DNA from: an uncultured Chloroflexia bacterium
GTDB taxonomy: Bacteria > Chloroflexota > Anaerolineae > CG2-30-64-16
DNA: 64,000 bases
Direction: 5' to 3'
Assembly: GCA_963810095.1 (NCBI GenBank)
Contig: CAWEMM010000012.1
Span: 576,001-640,000 of the forward strand
This document shows, in pieces, positions 11,272 to 21,881 of this stretch. Position 1 is the first letter of the stretch; every line of letters starts with the position of its first letter. Below the pieces are notes generated by a model. That model was not told the DNA's origin. It did not search any database and saw nothing but the letters and a program-made list of their open reading frames with translations. Made by a program: the position numbers and the translations under genes.

Positions 11272-12565
11272 ATGACAGCCATCGACATGCTTGAGCGGCC
11301 ACCCGAGTCCGCCTATCTCAACTGCATCAAGTGCGGGCTTTGCCTCGCGGTCTGCCCCACCTACCGGGAGGCCATGACCGAGACCCAATCACCCCGCGGC
11401 CGCGTCATCATGGCCCGCAAGGGACTGGAAGGCGAGCTGGAACTGGGCACGGGCTTGACCGATCAGATGTACACCTGCTTTGCCTGCATGGCGTGCAACG
11501 AGATTTGCCCGGTCGGGATCAAGCCGGCCGACCTCGCGCTTGCCATGCGCAACATCGAAGACCGGGCGCGACCCCGCTGGTGGAAGAAGCCCCTTTTCGA
11601 GGCCCTGCTGCCGCATCCGGCCCGCATGGAAGCGGCCATGCTGCCCCTGCGGCTGTACCAATTGTTGGGGGTCCGCAAGCTGGCTTATGCGACCGGCGCG
11701 ACGCGGCTGCTGCCGTCACAGCTGCGCGACATGGAATCGCAGCTGCCCCATCTGCCGCAACGCCCCTTGCGCCGGGTGCTGCCCGAGACGACCTACCCGA
11801 TGGGCGCTAAGGCCGAACACCGGGTCGGCTTCTTCCTGGGCTGCGCACAGAGCTTGTTGTTTGCCGAAGAGAGCGCGGCGACCGTGCGGGTGCTCGCGCG
11901 CAATGGCTGCACCGTCGATCACCCCGCGCGAGACGCAGTGCTGCGGCATGCCCGCCCGCGGCTACGGCCGGGCCGACCTGGTGCAGGCACAGGCGCGCCA
12001 CAACATCGCACTCTTTGAGCGCCATAACGTCGATGCGATCATTACCGACTGTGCGACGTGCGGCTCGACCCTCAAAGAGTACGGCTCGTTCCTCTCCGGT
12101 CGACGACGAGTGGGCCGGCCGCGCAAAGGCATTCAGCGCCAAGGTCTACGACATCAGCGAGTTTCTGGCGAAAATCCCGCTCGCAGCCACCTACGGGCCG
12201 CGTCGAAGCCTCCGTGACCTACCACGATCCCTGCCATCTGCGCCGCGCGCAAGGGGTGTGGAAGCAGCCGCGCGCAGCTGCTGTCGATGATCGACGGCCT
12301 CGAGCTGCGCGAGATGCCCGCGGCAGACAGCTGCTGCGGCTCGGCCGGCAGCCAGTTGATCAGCCACTACGAGACGTCGCTGAAGGTGCTGAAGCGCAAG
12401 ACGGACAACCTGGCGAAGACCGGCGCGGACATGGTCGCATCCGGCTGTCCGGGCTGCCAGATGCAGCTGAGCGTGGGGATCAAGCGCCAGGGCCTCGACA
12501 TGCAGGTGGTCCATCCGATCGCGCTGCTGGACCAGGCTTACGGAGGCAACGATGGCAAACGCTGA
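11272..12565 (+). CDS. GlcF-like Fe-S/CCG-domain subunit (several frameshifts between 11915 and 12285)
   Basis: CIKCGLC..VCP, SPRGR, C.AC.AC..ICP, CCG motifs, YHDPCHL, GCPGC..Q. Confidence 0.85.
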
Positions 12566-13949
12566 CCGCAGTGGCCCGCACGCCGGCCTGGCAGCGCGCC
12601 TGGTGGCGATCGTGGGCCAGGACGGAGTCTTAACATCACCCGAGGACATGGTCGCGTACAGCTATGACGGCACCTTTGTCGAGAGCCGTCCCGACGTCGT
12701 GGTGCTGCCCCGCAGCACGGACGAGGTGAGCCGCATCGTCAGGCTGGCGGGCGAGCTGCACACGCCGATCGTCCCGCGCGGCATGGGCTCGGGGCTGGCG
12801 GCTGCGTCCGTGCCCGTGGGCGGCGGCATCGTCGTGTGCCTCACCCGCATGAACCGCATCCTCGAGATCGACACTGCAAATGCAACCGTGCGCACCGAGG
12901 CCGGCGTGATCACGGCCGAGCTGCAGGCCGAGGTCGAGAAGCTCGGCCTCTTCTACCCGCCCGACCCCTCGAGCATCCGCCACTCGACCATCGGCGGGAA
13001 TATCGCCTGCAACGCCGGCGGGCCGCGCTGCCTCAAGTACGGCGTGACGGGCGATTACGTCATGGGCTTGACGGTGGTGCTGGCCGACGGCGGTGTCATG
13101 CGCACCGGCGGCAAGCCTGTCAAGGACGTGACCGGCTACGACATGAATGGCCTCTTCACGGGGTCCGAGGGCACCTTAGGCATCATTACCGAGGCCCTTC
13201 TGCGCCTGGTTGCCAAGCCGCGTTTCGCCCGCACCGGGCTTGTGGAGTTCGCCAGCCTGGACGACGCGTCGGCCGCGGTCAATGCCATCCTGTCTGCCGG
13301 CATCGTGCCCGCCACGCTCGAGCTCATGGACCAGACCGCCATCATCTGCGTCGAAGAAGCGATGCACCTGGGGCTGGCGACCGACGTCGAGGCGAGCCTG
13401 ATCGTGGAGACGGACGGCTCGGACGAGCAGACGGTGCTGCGCGAGATCGAGGCAGCCGCGGCCATCTGCACCCGGTCGGGCGCACGCTCGGTCAAGATCG
13501 CGCAGAGCGAGGCCGAGCGGGCCGCGCTGTGGCGGGCCCGCCGCTCCATCTCGCCTGCGCTCGGGCGGCGCGCGCCCAACAAGCTGGGCGAGGACATCAC
13601 GGTGCCGCGCTCCGCCATCCCGGAAGCCGCGCGGCGGCTGCGCGCGATCAGCGAAAAGCACGGTCTGCCCATCGTGATTTTCGGCCATGCAGGCGACGGC
13701 AACTTGCACCCCAACATCCTGTTTGACAAGCGTGATCCGCAGCAGTGGGCCACGGTCGAGGAGATGGTCAAGGAGGTCTTCGCACTGTCGCTCGATCTGG
13801 GCGGTACGCTGTCGGGCGAGCACGGCGTCGGCGTCCTGAAGCGCCCGTACCTGGAGGACGCGCTCGGCCCCGTCTCGATCGGCGTGCAGCGCAAGATCAA
13901 GCAAGCCCTCGACCCGGAGAACATTTTCAACCCAGGCAAGATCTGGTAG
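12552..13949 (+). CDS. glcD: GlcD-like FAD-linked 2-hydroxy acid oxidase/dehydrogenase
   Basis: [48 protein letters not shown]. Confidence 0.9.
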   Translation: MANADRSGPHAGLAARLVAIVGQDGVLTSPEDMVAYSYDGTFVESRPDVVVLPRSTDEVSRIVRLAGELHTPIVPRGMGSGLAAASVPVGGGIVVCLTRMNRILEIDTANATVRTEAGVITAELQAEVEKLGLFYPPDPSSIRHSTIGGNIACNAGGPRCLKYGVTGDYVMGLTVVLADGGVMRTGGKPVKDVTGYDMNGLFTGSEGTLGIITEALLRLVAKPRFARTGLVEFASLDDASAAVNAILSAGIVPATLELMDQTAIICVEEAMHLGLATDVEASLIVETDGSDEQTVLREIEAAAAICTRSGARSVKIAQSEAERAALWRARRSISPALGRRAPNKLGEDITVPRSAIPEAARRLRAISEKHGLPIVIFGHAGDGNLHPNILFDKRDPQQWATVEEMVKEVFALSLDLGGTLSGEHGVGVLKRPYLEDALGPVSIGVQRKIKQALDPENIFNPGKIW

Positions 13950-13962
13950 GGGAGCAAGCGTC

Positions 13963-14029
13963 AACACAAACACAAAGCCACGGAGGAGCTGCCCATCCGC
14001 TCGTCTTCGTGTCTTCGTGCCTTTGTGTT
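13963..14029. repeat. 8-bp-periodic palindrome ('cacRaag'/'cttYgtg' family, copy A)
   Basis: cacaaa-cacaaagc-cacggag...cttcgtgt-cttcgtgc-ctttgtg just after the glcD stop. Confidence 0.75.
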
Positions 14030-14092
14030 CAGCGCGGCTCTCCCACTCACCCACATACCATGAGAATCAATTGACACCCAATGGAGGGAGAG

Positions 14093-16363
14093 ATGCGTAA
14101 AGTAACGCCCGAAGATGCCCTGGAGTATCACAAGCTTGGCGGCAGACCCGGCAAGTTGGCGATCACACCGACCAAGCCCATGTCGACGCAGTACGACCTG
14201 GCGCTGGCCTACACGCCCGGCGTCGCGGTGCCGGTGCTGGAAATCGCAAAGAATGCCGACCTGGCCTACGACTATACGGCCAAGGGTAACCTTGTGGCCG
14301 TGGTCACGAATGGCACCGCCATCCTGGGCCTGGGCGACCGCGGCGCGTTGGCGTCCAAGCCCGTCATGGAAGGCAAGGCGGTCCTCTTCAAGAAGTTCGC
14401 CGACGTCGACGTCTTCGATATTGAGTTGGACACCCACGACCCCGAGATCATCATCCAGACGGTCAAAGCGCTCGCGCCAACCTTCGGGGGCATCAACCTG
14501 GAGGACATCAAGGCGCCCGAGTGCTTCTACGTCGAGGAAACGCTGCGGGCGGCGTTGGACATCCCCGTGTTTCACGACGACCAGCACGGCACCGCGATCA
14601 TCTCGGGCGCGGCCTTACTGAACGGGCTGGAGATCGTCGGCAAGCGAATCGAGGACGTGCGGGTGGTCATTTCCGGCGCCGGCGCCGCGGCCATCTCGTG
14701 CGGCGAGCACATGGTGCGCCTGGGCGTGCGCCGGGAGCATATCCTGCTCGTCGACTCGAAGGGCGTCGTGTACCGGGGCCGCACCGAGGGCATGAACAGC
14801 TACAAGGCGCGCTTCGCCGTCGAGACAGGCGCTCGCACGCTGGCGGATGCCTGCCGCGGCGCCGACGTCTTCTACGGCCTGTCGGCTGCCGACGTGCTCA
14901 AGCCCGAAATGCTGCTGACGATGGCCGAACGGCCGCTCGTCTTTGCCATGGCCAACCCCGACCCGGAAATCCGCTACGACCTGGCGCGCGCCACCCGGCC
15001 CGACGCGATCATCGCGACCGGCCGCTCGGACTACCCGAACCAGATCAACAACGTGCTCGGGTTCCCGTTCATCTTCCGGGGCGCGCTCGACGTTCAGGCG
15101 CGGGCGATCAACGAGGAGATGAAGGTGGCGGCCACGCACGCGCTCGCACAGCTGACCCGGGAGGACGTGCCCGACAGCGTGCTGCGCGCCTACGGACTGG
15201 ACAGCCTGCGCTTCGGCCCCGACTACATCGTGCCGAAGCCGCTCGACCCCCGGCTGATCGAGTGCCTGCCGCCGGCCATCGCCAAGGCCGCCATGGAGAC
15301 GGGCGCGGCCCGCAAGCAGATCGACCTCGACGAGTACCGCGAGCAGCTCGCGGTGCGCCTGGGCAAGGGCGAGCAGGTGCGCCATTTCCTGACCCACTGC
15401 GCGCAGCGGTCGGGCGGCACGAAACGCATCGTGTTTGCCGAGGGCGAGGAGCCCAAGATCCTGCGCGCGGCCGTCCGCCTCGTGCACGAGCAGATCGCGC
15501 TGCCGGTGCTGCTGGGCCGGCCGGACGTGATCCATCGCGAGTTGGAGCGGCTGGGGCTGGAGTGCTGTGCGGAGGTCGTGGATCCCAGCGATTGCGGGCG
15601 CCACGAGGCATACGCCCAGGCGTACTACGAGCTACGCCGGCGCAAGGGCGTCACGCGGGCTGAGGCGCAGCGGCTGATGCGCGACCCGAACGTCCTCGCA
15701 CCCATGATGGTCAAGATGGGCGAGGCCGACGCTGCCGTTTCCGGGCTCAGCCACCATTACCCCGAAGTCATCCGGCCTGCGCTCCAGATCCACCACACCG
15801 GACCCGGCACCCACCTCGTCGCCGGCGTATACCTGATGATCGTCACCGACGGGCTGGGCCGCCAGCGCCCCTACCTGTTCACCGATACGACCGTGAACAT
15901 CGATCCGTCGGCCGAAGACCTGGCCGACATTGCCTGTCTGGCGGCCGATTTCGCGCGGCGGCTGGGGCTCGAGCCGCGGGTGGCCATGTTGTCGTTCTCC
16001 AACTTCGGCAGCACGCGGCATCCGTTTGCCGAGAAGGTGCAGCGGGCGGTTGCATTGGTGCGTGAGCGCTGCCCGGGGCTCGCCGTCGACGGCGAGATGC
16101 AGGCGGACACGGCCGTCGTGCCTGAGCTGATCGACGAGCGGTTCCCGTTCAGCCAGGTGAAGGATGCCAATGTGCTCGTGTTCCCGTCGCTCGACGCGGC
16201 GAACGTGGCCTACAAGCTGCTGGCGCGACTGGGCAACGCGGAGGCCATCGGGCCGATCCTCCTCGGCATGGGTGCGCCCATCCACGTGCTGCAGGCCGGC
16301 GACGACGTGCGCGATATCGTCGACATTGCGGCGGTCGCGGTGATGGACGCGATGGGCTGCTAA
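14093..16363 (+). CDS. maeB: NADP-dependent malic enzyme with C-terminal phosphotransacetylase-like domain
   Basis: [59 protein letters not shown]. Confidence 0.95.
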   Translation: MRKVTPEDALEYHKLGGRPGKLAITPTKPMSTQYDLALAYTPGVAVPVLEIAKNADLAYDYTAKGNLVAVVTNGTAILGLGDRGALASKPVMEGKAVLFKKFADVDVFDIELDTHDPEIIIQTVKALAPTFGGINLEDIKAPECFYVEETLRAALDIPVFHDDQHGTAIISGAALLNGLEIVGKRIEDVRVVISGAGAAAISCGEHMVRLGVRREHILLVDSKGVVYRGRTEGMNSYKARFAVETGARTLADACRGADVFYGLSAADVLKPEMLLTMAERPLVFAMANPDPEIRYDLARATRPDAIIATGRSDYPNQINNVLGFPFIFRGALDVQARAINEEMKVAATHALAQLTREDVPDSVLRAYGLDSLRFGPDYIVPKPLDPRLIECLPPAIAKAAMETGAARKQIDLDEYREQLAVRLGKGEQVRHFLTHCAQRSGGTKRIVFAEGEEPKILRAAVRLVHEQIALPVLLGRPDVIHRELERLGLECCAEVVDPSDCGRHEAYAQAYYELRRRKGVTRAEAQRLMRDPNVLAPMMVKMGEADAAVSGLSHHYPEVIRPALQIHHTGPGTHLVAGVYLMIVTDGLGRQRPYLFTDTTVNIDPSAEDLADIACLAADFARRLGLEPRVAMLSFSNFGSTRHPFAEKVQRAVALVRERCPGLAVDGEMQADTAVVPELIDERFPFSQVKDANVLVFPSLDAANVAYKLLARLGNAEAIGPILLGMGAPIHVLQAGDDVRDIVDIAAVAVMDAMGC

Positions 16364-16381
16364 GAAGCGCAATCCCAGCCA

Positions 16382-16426
16382 AATAATGAAGAAGCGCAGG
16401 CCGGCGGCCTGCGCTTCTTCATTATT
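16382..16426. terminator. Long perfect hairpin between convergent maeB and glgE, likely a bidirectional terminator
   Basis: aataatgaagaagcgcaggcc-ggc-ggcctgcgcttcttcattatt. Confidence 0.75.
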
Positions 16427-18441
16427 GGTAATAGTCGAAGTCGTGTTCCGTTCGCACCCTACGCCGGATCACGAAGATGTGTGCGGGCACGCCCCCCGGG
16501 TCGAGCTCCACGTAGTTGTGCGCCCCGTGCCATAAGTAGCGCGAGTCGGTCAACAGGTCGTGCACCTGGAAGGGCTGCCACGGGTCGAGCCGCATCTCGT
16601 CCAGCGGGAGATTGACGAAGCCTGACTGCCGGTAGTGCGGGTCAAGGTTGACCATCACCAACACTTCGTTCGCGCCATCCGCGCTCGTCTTCGAGTAGGC
16701 GATGATCTGCTCGTTGCTGACATCATGGAAGCGCAGGTTGTGGTTCACCTGGAAAGCCGGGTTCTCGCGCCGGATCTGGTTGACGCGGGCAATGAGGCCG
16801 TGAAGGCTGCCCGGCTGCGCCAAGTCCCACGTGCGAATCTGGTACTTCTCCGAATCCAGGTACTCCTCTTTGCCGGGCGCAACGGCCCGGTTCTCGCACA
16901 GCTCGTATACCGGCCCGTAGATGCCGTAGGTCGTGCCGAGCGTCGCGGCGAGAACAAAGCGCACGATGTGCGCGGCCCGCCCGCCGTACTGCAGGTACTC
17001 GGTCAGGATATCCGGCGTGTTCGGCCAGAGGCTCGGTCCCAGGTACTCGCTAACCCCCGTACGGGTCAGCTCCGTCAGATACTGCGTGAGCTCCCACTTC
17101 GTGTTGCGCCACGGGAAGTAGTTGTACGACTGGGTGAACCCGATCTTGGCCAGTCGCTGCAGCACCTTCGGCCGCGTAAACGCCTCGGCCAGGAAGATCG
17201 CGTCGGGGCACTCCCGCTTGATCTCCGGGATCAGCCATGCCCAGAACGGGAAAGCCTTCGTGTGGGGGTTATCCACACGGAAGATGCGAATGCCCTGATC
17301 CACCCAAAACTGCACGACGCTCTTCAGCTCGGCCCACAGCTCGCGCCAATTCTCCGTCTCGAAGTCGAAAGGATAGATGTCCTGGTACTTCTTCGGCGGG
17401 TTCTCCGCGTACTGGATCGTGCCGTCGGGCCGCCGGCGAAACCACTCGGGATGCTCCGTGACGTACGGATGGTCAGGCGCGCATTGAAACGCGATGTCAA
17501 GCGCCAGCTCGATGCCGAAGCGGGCCGCGGCATTCACGAGCGCGTGAAAATCGGCCAGCGTTCCCAACTCGGGGTGGATGTCCTTGTGGCCGCCCTCGCC
17601 CAAGGCGCCTGGGTCGCCCCCGATAGCCCACGGGCTGCCCGGGTCAGTCGGTCCGGCAGACCGTGGAGTTGTTCGGCCCCTTGCGGAAGCTGCGCCCGAT
17701 AGGGTGAATCGGGGGCAGGTAGAGCACGTCAAAGCCCATCGAGGCCACATAGGGCAGCCGCGCGATCACGTCGTGGAAGGTGCCGTGCCGGCCGGGAACC
17801 GGCGACGTCGAGCGCGGGAACAGTTCGTACCACGCGCCGAATCGTGCACGGGGCCGGTCGACCACGATGCTGAACGCTTCAGACATGCATGCATAGCGGC
17901 GATCGCCGTAGCGGCGCATCATGCCGGCCAGTTCGGGCGAGAGGGCCCGGCCGATGCCGTCCTGGCCCCCGCCCCGGATCAGCGCCGCGTCCGCTGCAAG
18001 CTGCGCCGCGTCCGCGCCATCCGCGTTCTGGCTTGCCGCGCCGATGAGACCCGCGCCAATGACCAGGTCGACCGCGACGTCCTGGCCCGCGTTGACCCGC
18101 TTGGCCAGGTCGCGCGCCCAGGTCTTGAAGTGGTCGACCCACCCGCAGACGGCGAACACGGACACGCCAACCTCAGTTACGGCAAACGCGCCGCGCCAGC
18201 GGTCGCCGCTCTGGCCCGTGCCGACCAACTGCTCCATCAGCACGTGGGGCCATTCTTGCCGCGGCTGTCCCTCGCGGCCATAGAACACCGCGCAGGATAT
18301 GGCATCGTGGCCGTCAGTGAACACGTCGGCCTCCACGACGACGACGTCGCCGACGATGCGCTTAACCGGAAACTCACCGTCGTCTACCCGCGGCGTCACG
18401 TCTTCGATGATCACCCGCGACCTACCGTCTTCGATCGGCAT
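16422..18441 (-). CDS. glgE: Alpha-1,4-glucan:maltose-1-phosphate maltosyltransferase (frameshift near 17660)
   Basis: WYELFPRS, LYLPPIHPIG, GSPWAIG, AENPPKKYQDIYP, FRVDNPHTK, FLAEAFT, NTPDIL, SEKYQ. Confidence 0.93.
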
Positions 18442-18475
18442 GTTCCATCCCTCCCTTCAGACCACTCCGCCCGCC

Positions 18476-19720
18476 TTACAACGACCGGTACAATGCCAAC
18501 GTCCGCTCGGCAATCGCCGTCCAGCTAAAGTGCTCCTCCACGCGCCGCCGCCCGTTCCGGCCGTACTGCTCGGCCAGCGCGGGGTCCAGTGCCACCGCGT
18601 TGATTCCCTCGGCCAGCGCCCGGGAGTATCGCGCCGCGTCCACCGGCTCGAACGTCCCCGGCTTCAGCTCAAGGTCGACCAACAGGCCCGTCGGGTCAAG
18701 CCCCGCTTGACCTGGGGGCACCACCACCTCGGGGATGCCGCCGATCGCGGACGCCACCACCGCCGTGTCACACGCCATCGCTTCCAGGTTGATGATGCCG
18801 AACGGCTCATACACCGAGGGACAGCAGAACACCGCCGCATTCGAGTAGTACTGGATGACCTGGTCGCGGGGCAGCATTTCCTGGATCCAGATGACGGGCG
18901 CACCGCCCGCGGTCTGTCGCGCCGCGCTGACCTCCGCCACCCGCGCTGCCATCTCCCGGCCGATCTCCGGCGTGTCGGGCGCACCCGCACAAAGCACGAT
19001 CTGGAGCGAGGGATCGATCTCGGGGATCGCATTGACCAGGTGAATAATGCCCTTCTGCCGGGTGATCCGTCCCACGAATAACACGAACGGCCGGTCAGGG
19101 TCTACCCCCCTGGATACGAGCGCGTCCACTACTGGAGTCTTGCGGTACTCGGCCAGGTCAATCCCATTGTGGATCACCTTGACCCTGTCGGGGTCCACAC
19201 CCGGAAAACAGCGCAGTACGTCGTTGCGCGTCTCCTGCGACACGGCGATAACCGCATCCGCATCCAGGATCCCGTTGCGCTCGATCCATGCACTGAGGTG
19301 ATACGCATTCCCGAGCTGCTCCACTTTCCACGGCCGCAGCGGCTCGAGCGAGTGCGTCGTCAATACAAATGGGATGCCCCACAGCTTCTTGGCCAGGAAG
19401 CCGGCAAACTGCACGTACCAGGTGTGGCAGTGGACGACACTGGCGTCCAACTGGTCCTTCGCCATGGCCAGGCTGCGGTACATCGCATCCAGTGCGCCGC
19501 CAAAACGGGGATCCGTGTTCTGCCGCGCCTCCGGCCACGCACCGTAACCCTTCACGCAGAGCTGCGGGCTTTCAACCGTCTGCTCGCCGAAACAGCGAAC
19601 TTCGACCGGCACCAGCCGGGCCAGCTCGCGCGCTAGGTATTCGGCATGGACGCCGGCACCCCCGTAGATGTGTGGAGGATACTCGTTCGTGAAGAGAGCG
19701 ACTTTGCTGATCTCGGGCAT
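18476..19720 (-). CDS. glgM: GT4 glycogen synthase of the Corynebacterium/Mycobacterium type (GlgA/GlgM, maltose-1-P synthase)
   Basis: EYPP.IYGGAGVH, HCHTWY, HSLEPLRPWK.EQLG, GRITRQKG, YEPFGI.NLEAMA. Confidence 0.85.
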   Translation of the reverse strand: MPEISKVALFTNEYPPHIYGGAGVHAEYLARELARLVPVEVRCFGEQTVESPQLCVKGYGAWPEARQNTDPRFGGALDAMYRSLAMAKDQLDASVVHCHTWYVQFAGFLAKKLWGIPFVLTTHSLEPLRPWKVEQLGNAYHLSAWIERNGILDADAVIAVSQETRNDVLRCFPGVDPDRVKVIHNGIDLAEYRKTPVVDALVSRGVDPDRPFVLFVGRITRQKGIIHLVNAIPEIDPSLQIVLCAGAPDTPEIGREMAARVAEVSAARQTAGGAPVIWIQEMLPRDQVIQYYSNAAVFCCPSVYEPFGIINLEAMACDTAVVASAIGGIPEVVVPPGQAGLDPTGLLVDLELKPGTFEPVDAARYSRALAEGINAVALDPALAEQYGRNGRRRVEEHFSWTAIAERTLALYRSL

Positions 19721-19968
19721 GATCTTCTCCTTGCTCAAGCGCGGGTTGAGATGCATCAGCGGGGATTTGAGAAAATAGTATCAAAGGAGCGTGACCTTGG
19801 CAAGCGTTCGCGAGCGAGCAACGCACCCCGAGTGAGCGGGGGAAGGAGGCGACCAAAACGGCGGACGGAGCTCACTGCCGGCAAATTGCTCCCCGAACCC
19901 ATCTCATCTACAATCCAACGCATCCTCGCACGACGGGCTGCATTGCTACAAGACAGGAGTCCTGCCTC

Positions 19969-20878
19969 ATGCACCAACCAGCCGCACCGGTCCCGGCCGC
20001 GCCTGCTACGCCGGGAGCGCTCGAGGCGCACATCGTATCCGAGCTTTGCGCAGCGGCCGGGATCAGGCCGGGCAGTTGGCAGCAGCGCGCGCTCACTGTC
20101 CCGCTGGGCCGGCCCATTAAGAAGGTCGCCCGGCTCTGGAGCGACTTCGACGCAGCCATCGGTCGCGATGGCATCGCCGCCGGGTTCGCCATGCTCGTCA
20201 GCAACTTTGTTCAGGACCCCCATGTCGTGGGACTCGAGAACGTGCCGCCTGAAGGGCCGCTCGTCGTCGCCTCGAACCACCCGGGTGCGTATGACTTCAT
20301 GCTGATCGAGCGCGCTGCTGGGCCGGCGCGACCTGCGCATTATCAGCAGCACGGTTCCCCTCTTCCACAGGATGCCGAACTTCCACGCACACCTGATCGA
20401 GGTCGGCACGACGCCCGAGGAGCGCCGGCTCGCCATCCCCGCGACCGTTCGCCACCTGGAGGACGGCGGCGCAGTGCTGATCTTTCCAAGCGGGCTCGTC
20501 GATCCGGACCCGGACGTGCAGCCGGGCGCACACGACGCACTGGCTACCTGGCGGCCGGGCATCGCCGCGCTCGCCACTCGGGCGCCCGGGGCGGCTGTGG
20601 TGGAAGTGATTGCCAGCGGAATGCTGTCGTCGCGGTGGATCAACAGCCCACTGCTGCGATTTCAGAAAGTCGACTGGCAGCGCCGGAAGCTCGCCGAGAT
20701 GCTCCAGGTGATCCAGCAACTCGTATGGTCTCGGACGCGGAAAATCAGCCCGCGTCTGACATTCGGCCCGGCCGTCACGGGGGAAGCGCTGCGGTGCGAG
20801 GCCGGCTCCGAAAATGTCTTGCCGCTGCTCATCGCACGCGCCCAGGCACTGCTGGGGCAGCACATGGCGCCGGTTTAG
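19969..20878 (+). CDS. PlsC-like acyltransferase (frameshift near 20320)
   Basis: GLENVP..GP, SNHPGAYD (HxxxxD), LIFPSG. Confidence 0.7.
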
Positions 20879-21007
20879 ACCGGCATTCTGCTCGAGTCAG
20901 ATATGTTCGGCCGGCAAACAGCACGGAGCCTCGCAAGGCGCGAGACCTCCGCCCGCTAACGTGAGGGTGTCAGCGGGCGGAGCGCAAACAGGTATGTGGC
21001 AGGCGTA

Positions 21008-21115
21008 GTATCGATCCAAGAATTAGCTGGGGCCGGTCTCTGACCGTGCCCCGCCTGGGCCGGGAGCCGGTAAAACTGGCGTACGAGACCGGCCGGAGCA
21101 TTTTCGGATCGATCC
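21008..21115 (-). mobile_element. MITE/REP-like 108-bp element, copy 1
   Basis: Reverse complement aligns end to end with 58546-58652; imperfect terminal inverted repeats and an internal ggccggtctc...gagaccggcc stem. Confidence 0.75.
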
Positions 21116-21520
21116 TTAGTAAATGACGCGGCGGGGAAGCACCTTCGCGTGTTCGACCCAATTCGAGACCTCGCGCTGCGTGGGCAGCCGGCGCACCAGG
21201 CGCTTCTCCTCGTTCACCTCGGTGATCTTGTTGAGGAGGTTAACGGGGTTGCGCTGGGCCAACTCGGGCACCGTATCCACGCCCGCAGCCTCGAGCAGAT
21301 CCGAGTATTCCTCGGCGACACCCTTGATCCGGAAGAGATCGGCGCGATTGACCCAGTCAAGGATTCTTTCGTGGGGAATGCCGGTCTTTTCCTCGATCTC
21401 ACGGCGCCCCTGGGGCGTCGCGCCCTTGCCGAGGAGTGCTTCCGTGGTCACGAGACCAATTTCGAACAACTTCTCCGCGTAGGCATCCCCGATGCCCTCG
21501 ATCTGCTTGAGGTTCGCCAT
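21116..21520 (-). CDS. DUF4332 domain (HhH-like) protein
   Basis: IEGIG, WVNRADL.RI.GV, YSDLLEAAGVDTV.ELA.RN, VRRLP. Confidence 0.85.
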   Translation of the reverse strand: MANLKQIEGIGDAYAEKLFEIGLVTTEALLGKGATPQGRREIEEKTGIPHERILDWVNRADLFRIKGVAEEYSDLLEAAGVDTVPELAQRNPVNLLNKITEVNEEKRLVRRLPTQREVSNWVEHAKVLPRRVIY

Positions 21521-21881
21521 GGTGCGCCTCCGTAGGTGGTGAATATGGGAAGTCACGAGACGAAAGAGGATGTGTGCAACAGGTCGGGTCGGCAGGAGAC
21601 CTTGTGCTCACAGCGCAAGTATACGCGCTTCTCGGCAAAACGCAATTCCTAATTCGTTCGTGAAGCCTTGCCCTGATCAACAGCAAAGAGTGACATACCC
21701 GAAAACTGGTACGCGCGCCAAGCTCTGTACCCAATTTCACCAGCCGCATCTCCATCACCCTTGCGATGCCGCGAGCCTTGGCTTCCTCTATACTCTGACT
21801 GTAAGCATCGATTTTGATCCTGTCTCATCATGCAGCGTAAGCGCTGCGTCCATCCCGCCCAAGCGCCAACTGGAGGATACC

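Noticed and set aside
20947-20983. Hairpin ctccgcccgct...agcgggcggag after the acyltransferase gene
   Set aside because: Probably an ordinary terminator-like stem between convergent genes; no U-tract and no second copy seen.
21570-21881. 104-aa N-terminal extension of the alpha/beta hydrolase
   Set aside because: The region is AT-richer and promoter-like, and a GGAGG RBS precedes the ATG at 21882.
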